Origin: Tubiluchus corallicola
Taxonomy: Eukaryota > Animalia > Priapulida
NCBI GenBank assembly: GCA_030141605.1
Contig: JAQGDQ010000892.1
Span: 19,251-83,250, forward strand
Reading direction: 5' to 3'
Length of the DNA: 64,000 bases
Of this stretch, positions 14,171 through 24,706 are shown in pieces; position 1 is the first letter of the stretch; the number at the start of each line of letters is the position of its first letter. Both the position numbers and the translations under genes were made by a program. The notes under the pieces are model-generated. The model was not told where the DNA came from. It saw only the letters and a program-made list of their open reading frames with translations, and searched no databases.

Positions 14171-15401
14171 CAGGTAGCGTAGTTAAGGGAAATTAAGCAG
14201 GAATTCTAGGGGCCTTTGTACTTTCACACAACTAAAACTCTTACACATAAAGCAACGTTAATTGCAGTCTAATGTTTAAGGTGAAAAGGGCGTGGATTAA
14301 CCAGCAAAACCTGCTGACAGGAAAATAATTAATGCTTACCATATTATAACAGGTGAAAAGTAATTACCGTTCAAATCACCTGATGATTTACACCTGAAAA
14401 CCCTCAAGTGCGCACGAAAAGTTCTTTGAATCCTCAGAATCTTATAATGGGTAAAAATTGGCTTCCGTTTAGCACGATTCGGGGGATCAAGGAGTGGGGC
14501 TTCTCCAATGGAGACGTCATCGAGATATAATGAGTTTTACAGCAACTAGGCAAAGCTGCAGCAATGATAAAAATAGCAACTTGAGCAATAGTGTACGTTG
14601 AATAGTATCTCTTTGGTATCGAAATTAATTGTAAGCGCCCTGTGGAAGTTGTAACTGTATATTTTTAGGTGCTGCCATCTATTGACTAATCACTTTACAT
14701 TTTACTAGCTAAACTCACCCCTAGTACAATTGTTCGGTCCAGTGAATATGCATACTCACTGGATCTCCCCCTATTTTACTGTAATGGTATTTGTGAAGCC
14801 AAGTTTGCATAGTTACCTCTACCTATATATACTGGCTGGATTTTACTTCTAGCCACTGTCTAACTCTCAGTGATCAGTGCAGGACACTCTGGTCCTCAGT
14901 GTGCAGTGTAGCAGTCATTCTACATATGTCTATGTAGTCTAATAAACGTTTTCCGTTTTGTGCAGATATGTAGTACAGTGTTTTATTCTTTTTCTGCAAA
15001 GTGTCAAACTACAACCTCATACATGACTTTCACACGCCCATCAGCGCATAAGAACAAATCTTGTAATACGTTGGAATTCTAATTTGCAGTGTAAACTTCA
15101 ACCGTAATAAACTATTCATAAAGTTAACGTAACTATTTAGTCGTTTGATGTTTAACGAGTTATCTGAAGCTCATAATCCTTGATAGAACTTGAAAGATTT
15201 GCATTGTACAGCTCATTGCGTGAACTTGCTTGAAAACTCGAGGGATACAGATCTATACTCACAACGCAATATTTCGTGGTTACAGTTGTGTGGGACCATA
15301 TCATAGCCCTATTAACCTAAGCCCTTGAAGTCGGGCAATTGAACGAGTGCCGAAATCAATTGTCTTGAAGCAATCTTAGAGTGAATCATATATTCGATTA
15401 A

Positions 15402-15845
15402 CCCTTTCATACCCATTGTATCCCGTGGGATACGAGAATATTTTCTGCCTTTAAAATTAATAAAATTTTAAAACTGAAAGTCATTTGATCTGTTAATAGT
15501 TATTTTGATTTAAGCCAATAACAATAGACTAAAATGGTGATAAAATGGCAAACTAGAAAATCTACGTAGCATAAAATACTGCGCAAGGTACAGTACTTTA
15601 GAGATGACTTTGTACAGATCAGCATAGCGTGCATACTAAATGTCTTAAATACTTTAAAAAATTATCAGCAGTTGCAAAATGAACCACATTTTATGCTTCC
15701 ATTGAATCCCGTAGGATACAGGCTATATTTAGCACACGGGCACAGGTAGAAAAAAATAATTGTGTAAACGAGATGGACATACTGAACAAAATTACCAAGC
15801 CAAAATTTTTTTTCTTACTAAAAAAATAATTTGGGACTGAAAGGG
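15402..15845. mobile_element. piggyBac-like MITE, 444 bp
   Basis: TTAA|CCCTTTCAtaCCCA ... TGGGacTGAAAGGG|TTAA; CCC/GGG termini with TTAA TSD. Confidence 0.85.
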
Positions 15846-16024
15846 TTAATTGCAAAATTAATCAAGGTGGTTGTATCATAAATAGAAGGCCACACAAAGC
15901 TACAGCTATGATAAAAATACACCATTCAATTTTGAACGATTTGACGACCATTACTGAAAATATCAACTCGCTAAAGTTATAGACGGACTCATGGATTTTT
16001 TTAACTTTTAAGGTACTACTTCGT

Positions 16025-16260
16025 GTGTGCGTAATGCGTGATGCGTGATCCGAAATGCGTGTACAACAGTTTATCTTTAAACACGTAGAAATGTTTCCAT
16101 GTGCGCGTAATGCGTAAAGCCTGATCCGTAATGCGTGATGCGTGATCCGAAATGCGTATGCAACAGTTTATCTTTAAACACGTAGAAATGTTTCCATGTG
16201 CGCGCAATGCGTAAAGCCTGATCCGTAATGCGCGATGCGTGATCCGAAATGCGTATACAA
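16025..16260. repeat. ~99-bp tandem repeat (x2.4) rich in gcgtaatgcgtgatgcgtgatccgaaatgcgt
   Basis: Direct reading; adjacent to the transposase relic, so possibly subterminal repeats. Confidence 0.85.
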
Positions 16261-16261
16261 T

Positions 16262-16429
16262 AGTATACAATAACGTTTTTTGTATTTGAGTTTTTGAGAG
16301 GTGGAAGAAGTATGTAGTTCTGTGTTGTGCATCTAACTGCAGTGTTTTGACTAAATGATGATACCTGCCATATTGTTCTCTCCCCTGCAAAATGTTGTTC
16401 ACCCAAAACCTGTGATTTCTTTTCCATCT

Positions 16430-16430
<1 letters not shown>
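16262..16430 (-). pseudogene. PIF/Harbinger transposase N-terminal relic
   Basis: Translation RWKRNHRFWVNNILQGREQYGRYHHLVKTLQLD...YFFHLSKTQ matches the WV..IL..R...G.YH.LV..L..D....YFRMS pattern of Harbinger DDE nucleases; no catalytic core follows. Confidence 0.6.
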
Positions 16431-16563
<133 letters not shown>

Positions 16564-17240
16564 ATGATAGAAAACAATAATAACAGAATCATGAATTGTT
16601 GAAATTTTATGCACGGAGTTAGTAAACAATTTCTTAACTTCCTAATCTCTACTTTTATTAAAAAATATAAACTTAAGAATATCACACATGGATGGGAATT
16701 CTGGAAACGTATCTGATATTTGATTTAAGAACGCTGTCCTTTCTTGACAACAAACATTACACACTAAAGTGAAATTCATCTTCCGTGCTCCAGTTCTTAC
16801 ATAAAGTACATTTTCTCATGTCAGCAGGAGTATTAACTCTGGTAGTCTTCAGTATGTAATGTATGGGAGCTAACGGTTTTTGACATTTTTAACGTTTATT
16901 TGACATTTTTTTGACCTTTTGACTGCAGCAGCTGATGAATCAACAATTAGTATAACATAACAATAAAATATAATGAAATATAATAACAGTTTGTGTTAAA
17001 TACAATAAATTACAAAAAATTACAATAACATAATTACAATTTACATAAAATGTTCAAATAATGGTGGAGAGTTGCGCACATCCACCGCTAGTTGTTTAAA
17101 GGGCGTGTCCTATCTAGTGATTACGTAGTAATATAAGTTCTGCGCTCTTTCTCTAAGGTTAGCACTCTCTGCGCATGCACATCTATATCTGCAGCAAACA
17201 ACTGACTAAATATGGGCAACAAGAGTTTCGTAAGAATGCA

Positions 17241-17280
17241 TGACGCTACCCTGCGTCACAATGAGCTCCTATATCCAATG
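17241..17280 (+). promoter_or_regulatory. Candidate promoter motifs: spaced palindrome TGACGC-N6-GCGTCA and CCAAT
   Basis: Present 160-200 bp upstream of the ATG and retained upstream of all three paralogs (one mismatch in copy 3); function is inference only. Confidence 0.25.
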
Positions 17281-17438
17281 AATGAGCAAAATAGTGCAAA
17301 ACAATGGAAGTTACAAATTATAAATGTAAATCGAATTGTCACGTCTCCTTAGAAGAACCACTTTGTTCAAAAGAGAGGAACTAAAAGTTCTATGAATAAA
17401 GATACTCTCTAGTGAAGAAACTCTAAGAAGGTCACCAA

Positions 17439-19526
17439 ATGGTGCGACTGTGCACTTTTCTGAGCTGGTCCGCTGCTTTGCTCTCATTTGTGGGAGCATC
17501 ATCAGCTTTAAATTCCAGCGATATTCCACCAGGATGCGGTCCTTTCAGCTCCGGTGGTTGGCCACTCCGTACACGCGAACTCCGCATCAAAGAAAAGGAT
17601 TTTGCAACGACAAGAAAACATTATCTGGGAATTAAAGACGATATCCGTAATCCTTTTTTGGGATGTAGGGGATTGGAAGCACACATATTTCTTCGCGAAA
17701 TGGAAAAGGGCACGACTGACAATACTTTGTTTTACGAAGGCTATACAAAATGCGTAGGTCCTTACGTAGGAATCAGAGAACCATATTTTAGTTTTTCGAA
17801 GATGCGCGACTACTTTCGTGCACACTGCCAAGATCAGTACGGTGAAAGATGGCCTAAAGTGGAGGTACAGTTTAAATGCATGGCCAAGTTCCCCCCGCTC
17901 TTCAATTTTGGCCTAAACGAAAATCCCAGAAATTATCACTGGGTATCTCTTTCCATATATTTAGACCCATACGATGCTCATGAACCGAGTATCATAGCAG
18001 GTGGCAGTCATTACCTAGGCGAAGACATTCCTGTTGGTTCCAAGGTTATCAATATGTGTGGGGGAGATCTTGATGTGTGGGATTATGTAACCGGGTTTAC
18101 ATTATGTCTGGGTCAGGAATCCAACCTTGTTAATTGTAATAGCGAAGAATATTTTGCAACTGAACCAGAAGAGCAGTTTCGACAACCCCATGACTACTTC
18201 CCTCATATGACATGTCAACATGTGTACCTGAAGAAATCGTTGATTGATAAAGTTGGCCAAAATTTCCAAATTCGTGTCAAGCTGATACCTGATAATCCTA
18301 GACAGAAAAAATCTTTCCGCTGGAAAACAATTTATGTAACTGATAAAAACAATCAAGGTCCCGAATTTCGCCACAGAATTTACACAGCCAGGGCAGACAG
18401 TGCAACTGGTTTGGAAGAAGTTGAACCTGCTACGATAAAAGCTGTTGACAAAGACATGAATAAAAATGAGGTTTTTTACACCTTTCCATTTCCAAACCAA
18501 GTTGAGGGCAAATTTCGATTTGAATGGAATGGGCAAATTTCTGCCGTACAACAGCTTCCACCTTCAGCTAACTACTACGCTCTCATCCAAGCCACTGAGC
18601 ACGAAGATGCCACGCACTACGACAGGGCCCTGTTATCTATCAAAGTCCGTAACGCCACAAAAACCGTAACGTTCGACAAAGAAAGTTACTCGGCAAAACT
18701 CTCTGCATACGAACTTGATAATACGCCTACAATGGTACTGTTCATAGAAGCGACCATGACGAACTCAAATATATCAGTTGATTATAAATTGATACCAGAT
18801 GGCGGTCAGATTCCGAGTTATATGTTCGAACTGGTTGTCGTACAAAGAAAAGCAGAAAAGACACTTATTAGACTAGACATGGTAATAAACATGGTCATTA
18901 GGGACGAATACAATTTGGTCGTACAGGCATTTCATTGTGCATCCGAATCGAACCCATATTTATGTCGAATAGGTTCGGCTGACATTACTGTTACGGTAGT
19001 AAAAGGTATTATGAACAAACCCATGTTCACTCAGACATCTTACAGACTGGACAGTGCAGGAACTGCTGGGTCATATGCAGGACAGGTAATGGCGTATTAT
19101 AGAGGTTACACTGACGAACAGGTAATGTATTCGATTCTTACGTATGACGAAATATTGAAAATTGATAACAAAGGAAGAATTTCATTGAAGAGTGACGGAT
19201 TTGGCACCATAGAAATTGCAGTTGGAGCTTGCAGCAGGGCCACTTTAGATTTCGCTGACACCAGGTGTGCTTATACTAAAGTAATAATTGTAATGACAAC
19301 TGTGACCAATCTTAATGAAACTGAATATAGACCTCTTCCCGAAGCCTCGCGTGCGCACCAGAGCAAAAAAGCACCTCCGAACTTTGGAATTTGGATGATG
19401 GTGGTGGTTATTGGTTTGATGTGTGTGGTCACTATCGGTGTGCTTTTTCTTCTTTTTCGTCAAGGGAAATGGTTTAACGCTGTTAGTAGCTCTACTCAAA
19501 TGGGTGTGGCAAGCGATGACAATTAA
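17439..19526 (+). CDS. Cadherin-related type I membrane protein, paralog 1 (695 aa, single-exon ORF)
   Basis: Signal peptide (~1-23); cadherin-like motifs DPYDAHEP, GEDIPVGSKV, DLD, VTDKNNQGPEF, IKAVDKD, F.KESY, NKPMF...Y, F/LKIDNKGRI; TM IWMMVVVIGLMCVVTIGVLFLLF; 22-aa tail; aataaa ~70-105 nt after the stop. Confidence 0.9.
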   Translation: MVRLCTFLSWSAALLSFVGASSALNSSDIPPGCGPFSSGGWPLRTRELRIKEKDFATTRKHYLGIKDDIRNPFLGCRGLEAHIFLREMEKGTTDNTLFYEGYTKCVGPYVGIREPYFSFSKMRDYFRAHCQDQYGERWPKVEVQFKCMAKFPPLFNFGLNENPRNYHWVSLSIYLDPYDAHEPSIIAGGSHYLGEDIPVGSKVINMCGGDLDVWDYVTGFTLCLGQESNLVNCNSEEYFATEPEEQFRQPHDYFPHMTCQHVYLKKSLIDKVGQNFQIRVKLIPDNPRQKKSFRWKTIYVTDKNNQGPEFRHRIYTARADSATGLEEVEPATIKAVDKDMNKNEVFYTFPFPNQVEGKFRFEWNGQISAVQQLPPSANYYALIQATEHEDATHYDRALLSIKVRNATKTVTFDKESYSAKLSAYELDNTPTMVLFIEATMTNSNISVDYKLIPDGGQIPSYMFELVVVQRKAEKTLIRLDMVINMVIRDEYNLVVQAFHCASESNPYLCRIGSADITVTVVKGIMNKPMFTQTSYRLDSAGTAGSYAGQVMAYYRGYTDEQVMYSILTYDEILKIDNKGRISLKSDGFGTIEIAVGACSRATLDFADTRCAYTKVIIVMTTVTNLNETEYRPLPEASRAHQSKKAPPNFGIWMMVVVIGLMCVVTIGVLFLLFRQGKWFNAVSSSTQMGVASDDN

Positions 19527-19912
19527 ATTCTATTCATTTCAATTTTTATTTCGGTAACTGAGACTATATACAAATACAAATACATCCCAAAAATGGAATA
19601 AATTGAGCCAATTTTTTTTACAGGCTAATAAAACATTTCTAGTTTAAAACAACACAACTTTTTTATAAACTTTATTATAAACTTCCAGTTACTCATAGCT
19701 CTGGTAACAATGGTGAGCTTTGTGGCCAGAGGCACAAATATGGTCATTAATGCTGGTATGTGTGCATGTATATGTATATGCAAATATATGTGTACATGTA
19801 TATGTATATAAGTGTGATGTCAAACGCTATATATATAAATATATATATATACATATACACATACACATATAAATGCATATACATATACATATACATAGAT
19901 ACATATAACTAT

Positions 19913-20001
<89 letters not shown>
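19913..20001. repeat. (CA)n microsatellite preceded by (TA/CA)-rich tract
   Basis: Direct reading; length varies among duplication units (24507-24570; ~32632-32642). Confidence 0.95.
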
Positions 20002-20004
<3 letters not shown>

Positions 20005-20423
20005 ATACAGGGATAGTAAATTAAGTAATAGTAAATGTAAATAGCAAATTAAGACCTAAATAAACATTAGAGACTAATTAAGCAATAACTCGTTCCATTT
20101 CACGAAAAGGCAGGAACTGACAAGTCTATATGGTGAACTAACAATAGCAAATATAATACTATTGCCAGCGTACAGCAGTAACCTATTTCGAATGCTATAA
20201 CGTGACGTTCTGCCAATATGACTAAGATTGTGTAGAAGTAGGTTTACACAAAATTGTATCATGTCAACAACAATGCGTTGCATGTATGAAAAATATTTTA
20301 AACGAAAGATGGCGGCCGTTTTTATACTTTGAAACCATGTTTTACCATCCAATTATAATCTCACAAGGATGAGCAGAAGGTTTTTAATTTAAAAAAATGT
20401 ATTTACATCGTTTTAAAAAGTTA

Positions 20424-20637
20424 TGACTCATTTAGACGTAGACGCTTCTTTCGCAACTTGTTGCACAACTTCTCCGAGAGTAAAGTTACACGTGTGAACG
20501 GCTAGGCAGCTCCTCTTATTTTGAGGACAGAAGTTGCCATAAAGCGTTCATATGTGCGGTTTGCGAAGAAAGTTACCATGTGTAACTTTACTCTCAGAGA
20601 AAAGTTGCGTGAGAAGTCTGTACGTCTGAACGCGCCT
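20424..20637. mobile_element. Palindromic Harbinger-like MITE (214 bp) inside the duplication unit
   Basis: tta|tgactc(g)tt(c)agacgta ... tacgtctgaacg(c/g)gcct|tta; internal inverted arms gagagtaaagttacac / gtgtaactttactctc; 3-bp TTA flanks. Confidence 0.6.
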
Positions 20638-20869
20638 TTACTCTCAACAGAGTCAGCGTGTATGTTAATTTCCCAAGCCATAGAGACAAAGTTATGTTGT
20701 GTTAGAGCATATGTTAAAGACACAATATGGATTAAGATTGCATTAATAATGCCACATTTGGTTTGATTAACATCACTACTTCTTAAGTGAGTTATTAGTA
20801 TGAAGATGATTACCAATATGTCCGTCATTGACACATCATTTGATGTTAATGAATACAGTAACAATTATG

Positions 20870-21330
<461 letters not shown>

Positions 21331-21999
21331 AAGTTTATATTTTTTGTCGATAAAAATGATAATTATGAACCTGATTCTGATCATCGAGAAGCAATTAATT
21401 TATGAAAGCTGAAAATTCTGAAGTTGCTCCTTGCTAGTGATGGCAAATTAGGTAAAAACTAATTGATTTTTGATTATGAATAACCTCAAAGATAGCTGAC
21501 GTAATTGTTGAGATTTCAACTTATAAATTAAAAAGCACGAATATTATAAAGAAATTAATCAGTCAGTTATAACGAATATTACAATAAAAACTGCTTAAAA
21601 TATTTACATATTCGTAATAGATACGTCCCAGGCACAATTTATAAATAAACTGTAACGGGACAGATATATTACGTAGTAATATAAGTTCTGCGCTCTTTCT
21701 CTAAGGTTAGCACTCTCTGCGCATGCACATCTGTATCTGCAGCAAACAAGTGACTAAATATGGGCAACAAGAGTTTCGTAAGAACGCATGACGCTACCCT
21801 GCGTCACAATGAGCTCCTATATCCAATGAATGAGCAAAATAGTGCAAAACAATGGAAGTTACAAATTATAAATGTGAATCGAATCTCCTTAGAAGAACCA
21901 CTTTGTTCAAAAGAGAGCAACTAAAAGTGTAGGCGCTACTTCTACGAATAAAGATACTCTCTAGTGAAGAAACTCTAAGAAGGTCTTTAGAGTCACCAA

Positions 22000-24087
22000 A
22001 TGGTGCGACTGTGCACTTTTCTGAGCTGGTCCGCCGCTTTACTCTCATTTGTGGGAGCATCATCACCTTTAAATATCAGCGATATTCCAGTAGGATGCGG
22101 TCCTTTCAGCTCCGGTGGTTGGCCACTCCGTATACGCGAACTCCGCATGAAAGAAAAGGATTTTGCAACGACAAGAAAATATTATCTGGGAATTAAAGAC
22201 GAAATGCGTAATCCTTTCTTGGGAATTAGGGGAATGGAAGCACACATATTTCTTCGCGAAATGGAAGAGGGCACGACTGACAATAATTTGTTTTACGAAG
22301 GCTATACAAAATGGGTAGGTCCTTACGTAGAAATCAGAGAACAATATTTTAGTTTTTCGAAGATGCGCGACTACTTTCGTGTACACTGCCAAGATCAGTA
22401 CGGTGAAAGATGGCCTAAAGTGGAGGTAGAGTTTAAATGCATGGCCAAGAACCCCCCTTGGTTCAATTTTGGCCTAAGCGAAAATCCCAGAAATTATCAC
22501 TGGGTATCTCTTTCCATATATTTAGACCCATACGATGCTCATGAACCGAGTATCATAGCAGGTGGCAGTCATTACCTAGGCGAAGACATTCCTGTTGGTT
22601 CCAAGGTCATCAATATGTGTGGGGGAGATCTTGATGTGTGGGATTATGTAACCGGGTTTACATTATGTCTGGGTCAGGAATCCAACCTTGTTAATTGTAA
22701 TAGCGAAGAATATTTTGCAACTGAACCAGAAGAGCAGTTTCGACAACCTCATGACTACTTCCCTCATATGACATGTCAACATGTGTACCTGAAGAAATCG
22801 TTGATTGATAAAGTTGGCCAAAATTTCCAAATTCGGGTCAAGCTGATACCTGATAATCCTAGACAGAAAAAATCTTTCCGCTGGAAAACAATTTATGTAA
22901 CTGATAAAAACAATCAAGGTCCCGAATTTCGCCACAGAATTTACACAGCCAGGGCACACAGTGCAACTGGTTTGGAAGAAGTTGAACCTGCTACGATAAA
23001 AGCTGTTGACAAAGACATGAATAAAAATGAGGTTTTTTACACCTTTCCATTTCCAAACCAAGTTGAGGGCAAATTTCGATTTGAATGGAATGGGCAAATT
23101 TCTGCCGTACAACAGCTTCCACCTTCAGCTAACTACTACGCTCTCATCCAAGCCACTGAGCACGAAGATGCCACGCACTACGACAGGGCCCTGTTATCTA
23201 TCAAAGTCCGTAACGCCACAAAAACCGTAACGTTCGACAAAGAAAGTTACTCGGCAAAACTCTCTGCATACGAACTTAATAATACGCCTACAATGGTACT
23301 GTTCATAGAAGCGACCATGACGAACTCGAATATGTCAGTTGATTATAAATTGATACCAGATGGCGGTCAGATTCCGAGTTATATGTTCGAACTGGTTGTC
23401 GTACAAAGAAAAGCAGAAAAGACACTTATTAGACTAGACATGGTAATAAACATGGTCATTAGGGACGAATACAATTTGGTCGTACAGGCATTTCATTGTG
23501 CATCCGAATCGAACCCATATTTATGTCGAATAGGTTCGGCTGACATTACTGTTACGGTAGTAAAAGGTATTATGAACAAACCCATGTTCACTCAGACAAC
23601 TTACAGACTGGACAGTGCAGGAACTGCTGGGTCATATGCAGGACAGGTAATGGCGTATTATAGAGGTTACACTGACGAACAGGTAATGTATTCGATTCTT
23701 ACGTATGACGAAATGTTCAAAATTGATAACAAAGGAAGAATTTCATTGAAGAGTGACGGATTTGGCACCATAGAAATTGCAGTTGGAGCTTGCAGCAGGG
23801 CCGCTTTAGATTTCGCTGACACCAGGTGTGCTTATACTAAAGTAATAATTGTAATGACAACTGTGACCAATCTTAATGAAACTGAATATAGACCTCTTCC
23901 CGAAGCCTCGCGTGCGCACCAGAGCAAAAAAGCACCTCCGAACTTTGGAATTTGGATGATGGTGGTGGTTATTGGTTTGATGTGTGTGGTCACTATCGGT
24001 GTGCTTTTTCTTCTTTTTCGTCAAGGGAAATGGTTTAACTCTGTTAGTAGCTCTACTCAAATGGGTGTGGCAAGCGATGACAATTAA
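22000..24087 (+). CDS. Cadherin-related type I membrane protein, paralog 2 (695 aa, single-exon ORF)
   Basis: Same architecture as paralog 1; 28 aa differences by manual alignment, 20 of them in residues 23-160. Confidence 0.9.
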   Translation: MVRLCTFLSWSAALLSFVGASSPLNISDIPVGCGPFSSGGWPLRIRELRMKEKDFATTRKYYLGIKDEMRNPFLGIRGMEAHIFLREMEEGTTDNNLFYEGYTKWVGPYVEIREQYFSFSKMRDYFRVHCQDQYGERWPKVEVEFKCMAKNPPWFNFGLSENPRNYHWVSLSIYLDPYDAHEPSIIAGGSHYLGEDIPVGSKVINMCGGDLDVWDYVTGFTLCLGQESNLVNCNSEEYFATEPEEQFRQPHDYFPHMTCQHVYLKKSLIDKVGQNFQIRVKLIPDNPRQKKSFRWKTIYVTDKNNQGPEFRHRIYTARAHSATGLEEVEPATIKAVDKDMNKNEVFYTFPFPNQVEGKFRFEWNGQISAVQQLPPSANYYALIQATEHEDATHYDRALLSIKVRNATKTVTFDKESYSAKLSAYELNNTPTMVLFIEATMTNSNMSVDYKLIPDGGQIPSYMFELVVVQRKAEKTLIRLDMVINMVIRDEYNLVVQAFHCASESNPYLCRIGSADITVTVVKGIMNKPMFTQTTYRLDSAGTAGSYAGQVMAYYRGYTDEQVMYSILTYDEMFKIDNKGRISLKSDGFGTIEIAVGACSRAALDFADTRCAYTKVIIVMTTVTNLNETEYRPLPEASRAHQSKKAPPNFGIWMMVVVIGLMCVVTIGVLFLLFRQGKWFNSVSSSTQMGVASDDN

Positions 24088-24505
24088 ATTCTATTCATTT
24101 CAATTTTTATTTCGGTAACTGAGACTATATACAAATACAAATACATCCCAAAAATGGAATAAATTGAGCCAATTTTTTTTACAGGCTAATAAAACATTTC
24201 TAGTTTAAAACAACACAACTTTTTTATAAACTTTATTATAAACTTCCAGTTACTCATAGCTCTGGTAACAATGGTGAGCTTTGTGGCCAGATGCACAAAT
24301 ATGGTCATTAATGCTGGTATGTGTGCATGTATATGTATATGCAAATATATGTGTACATGTATATGTATACATGTATATGCAAATATATGTGTACATGTAT
24401 ATGTATATAAGTGTGATGTCAAACGCTATATATATAAATATATACATATACACATACACATATAAATGCATATACATATTCATATACATAGATACATATA
24501 ACTAT

Positions 24506-24582
<77 letters not shown>

Positions 24583-24706
24583 CAGGGATAGTAAATTAAG
24601 TAATAGTAAATGTAAATAGCAAATTAAGACCTAAATAAACATTAGAGACTAATTAAGCAATAACTCGTTCCATTTCACGAAAAGGCAGGAACTGACAAGT
24701 CTATAT

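Noticed and set aside
17508-19499. Antisense and alternative-frame ORFs conserved in all three units
   Set aside because: Shadows of the main CDS; conserved only because the DNA is duplicated.
20502-20864. 120-aa minus-strand ORF repeated at 27427-27777
   Set aside because: Overlaps a palindromic MITE in the duplicated unit, has no protein motifs, and is truncated in unit 3.
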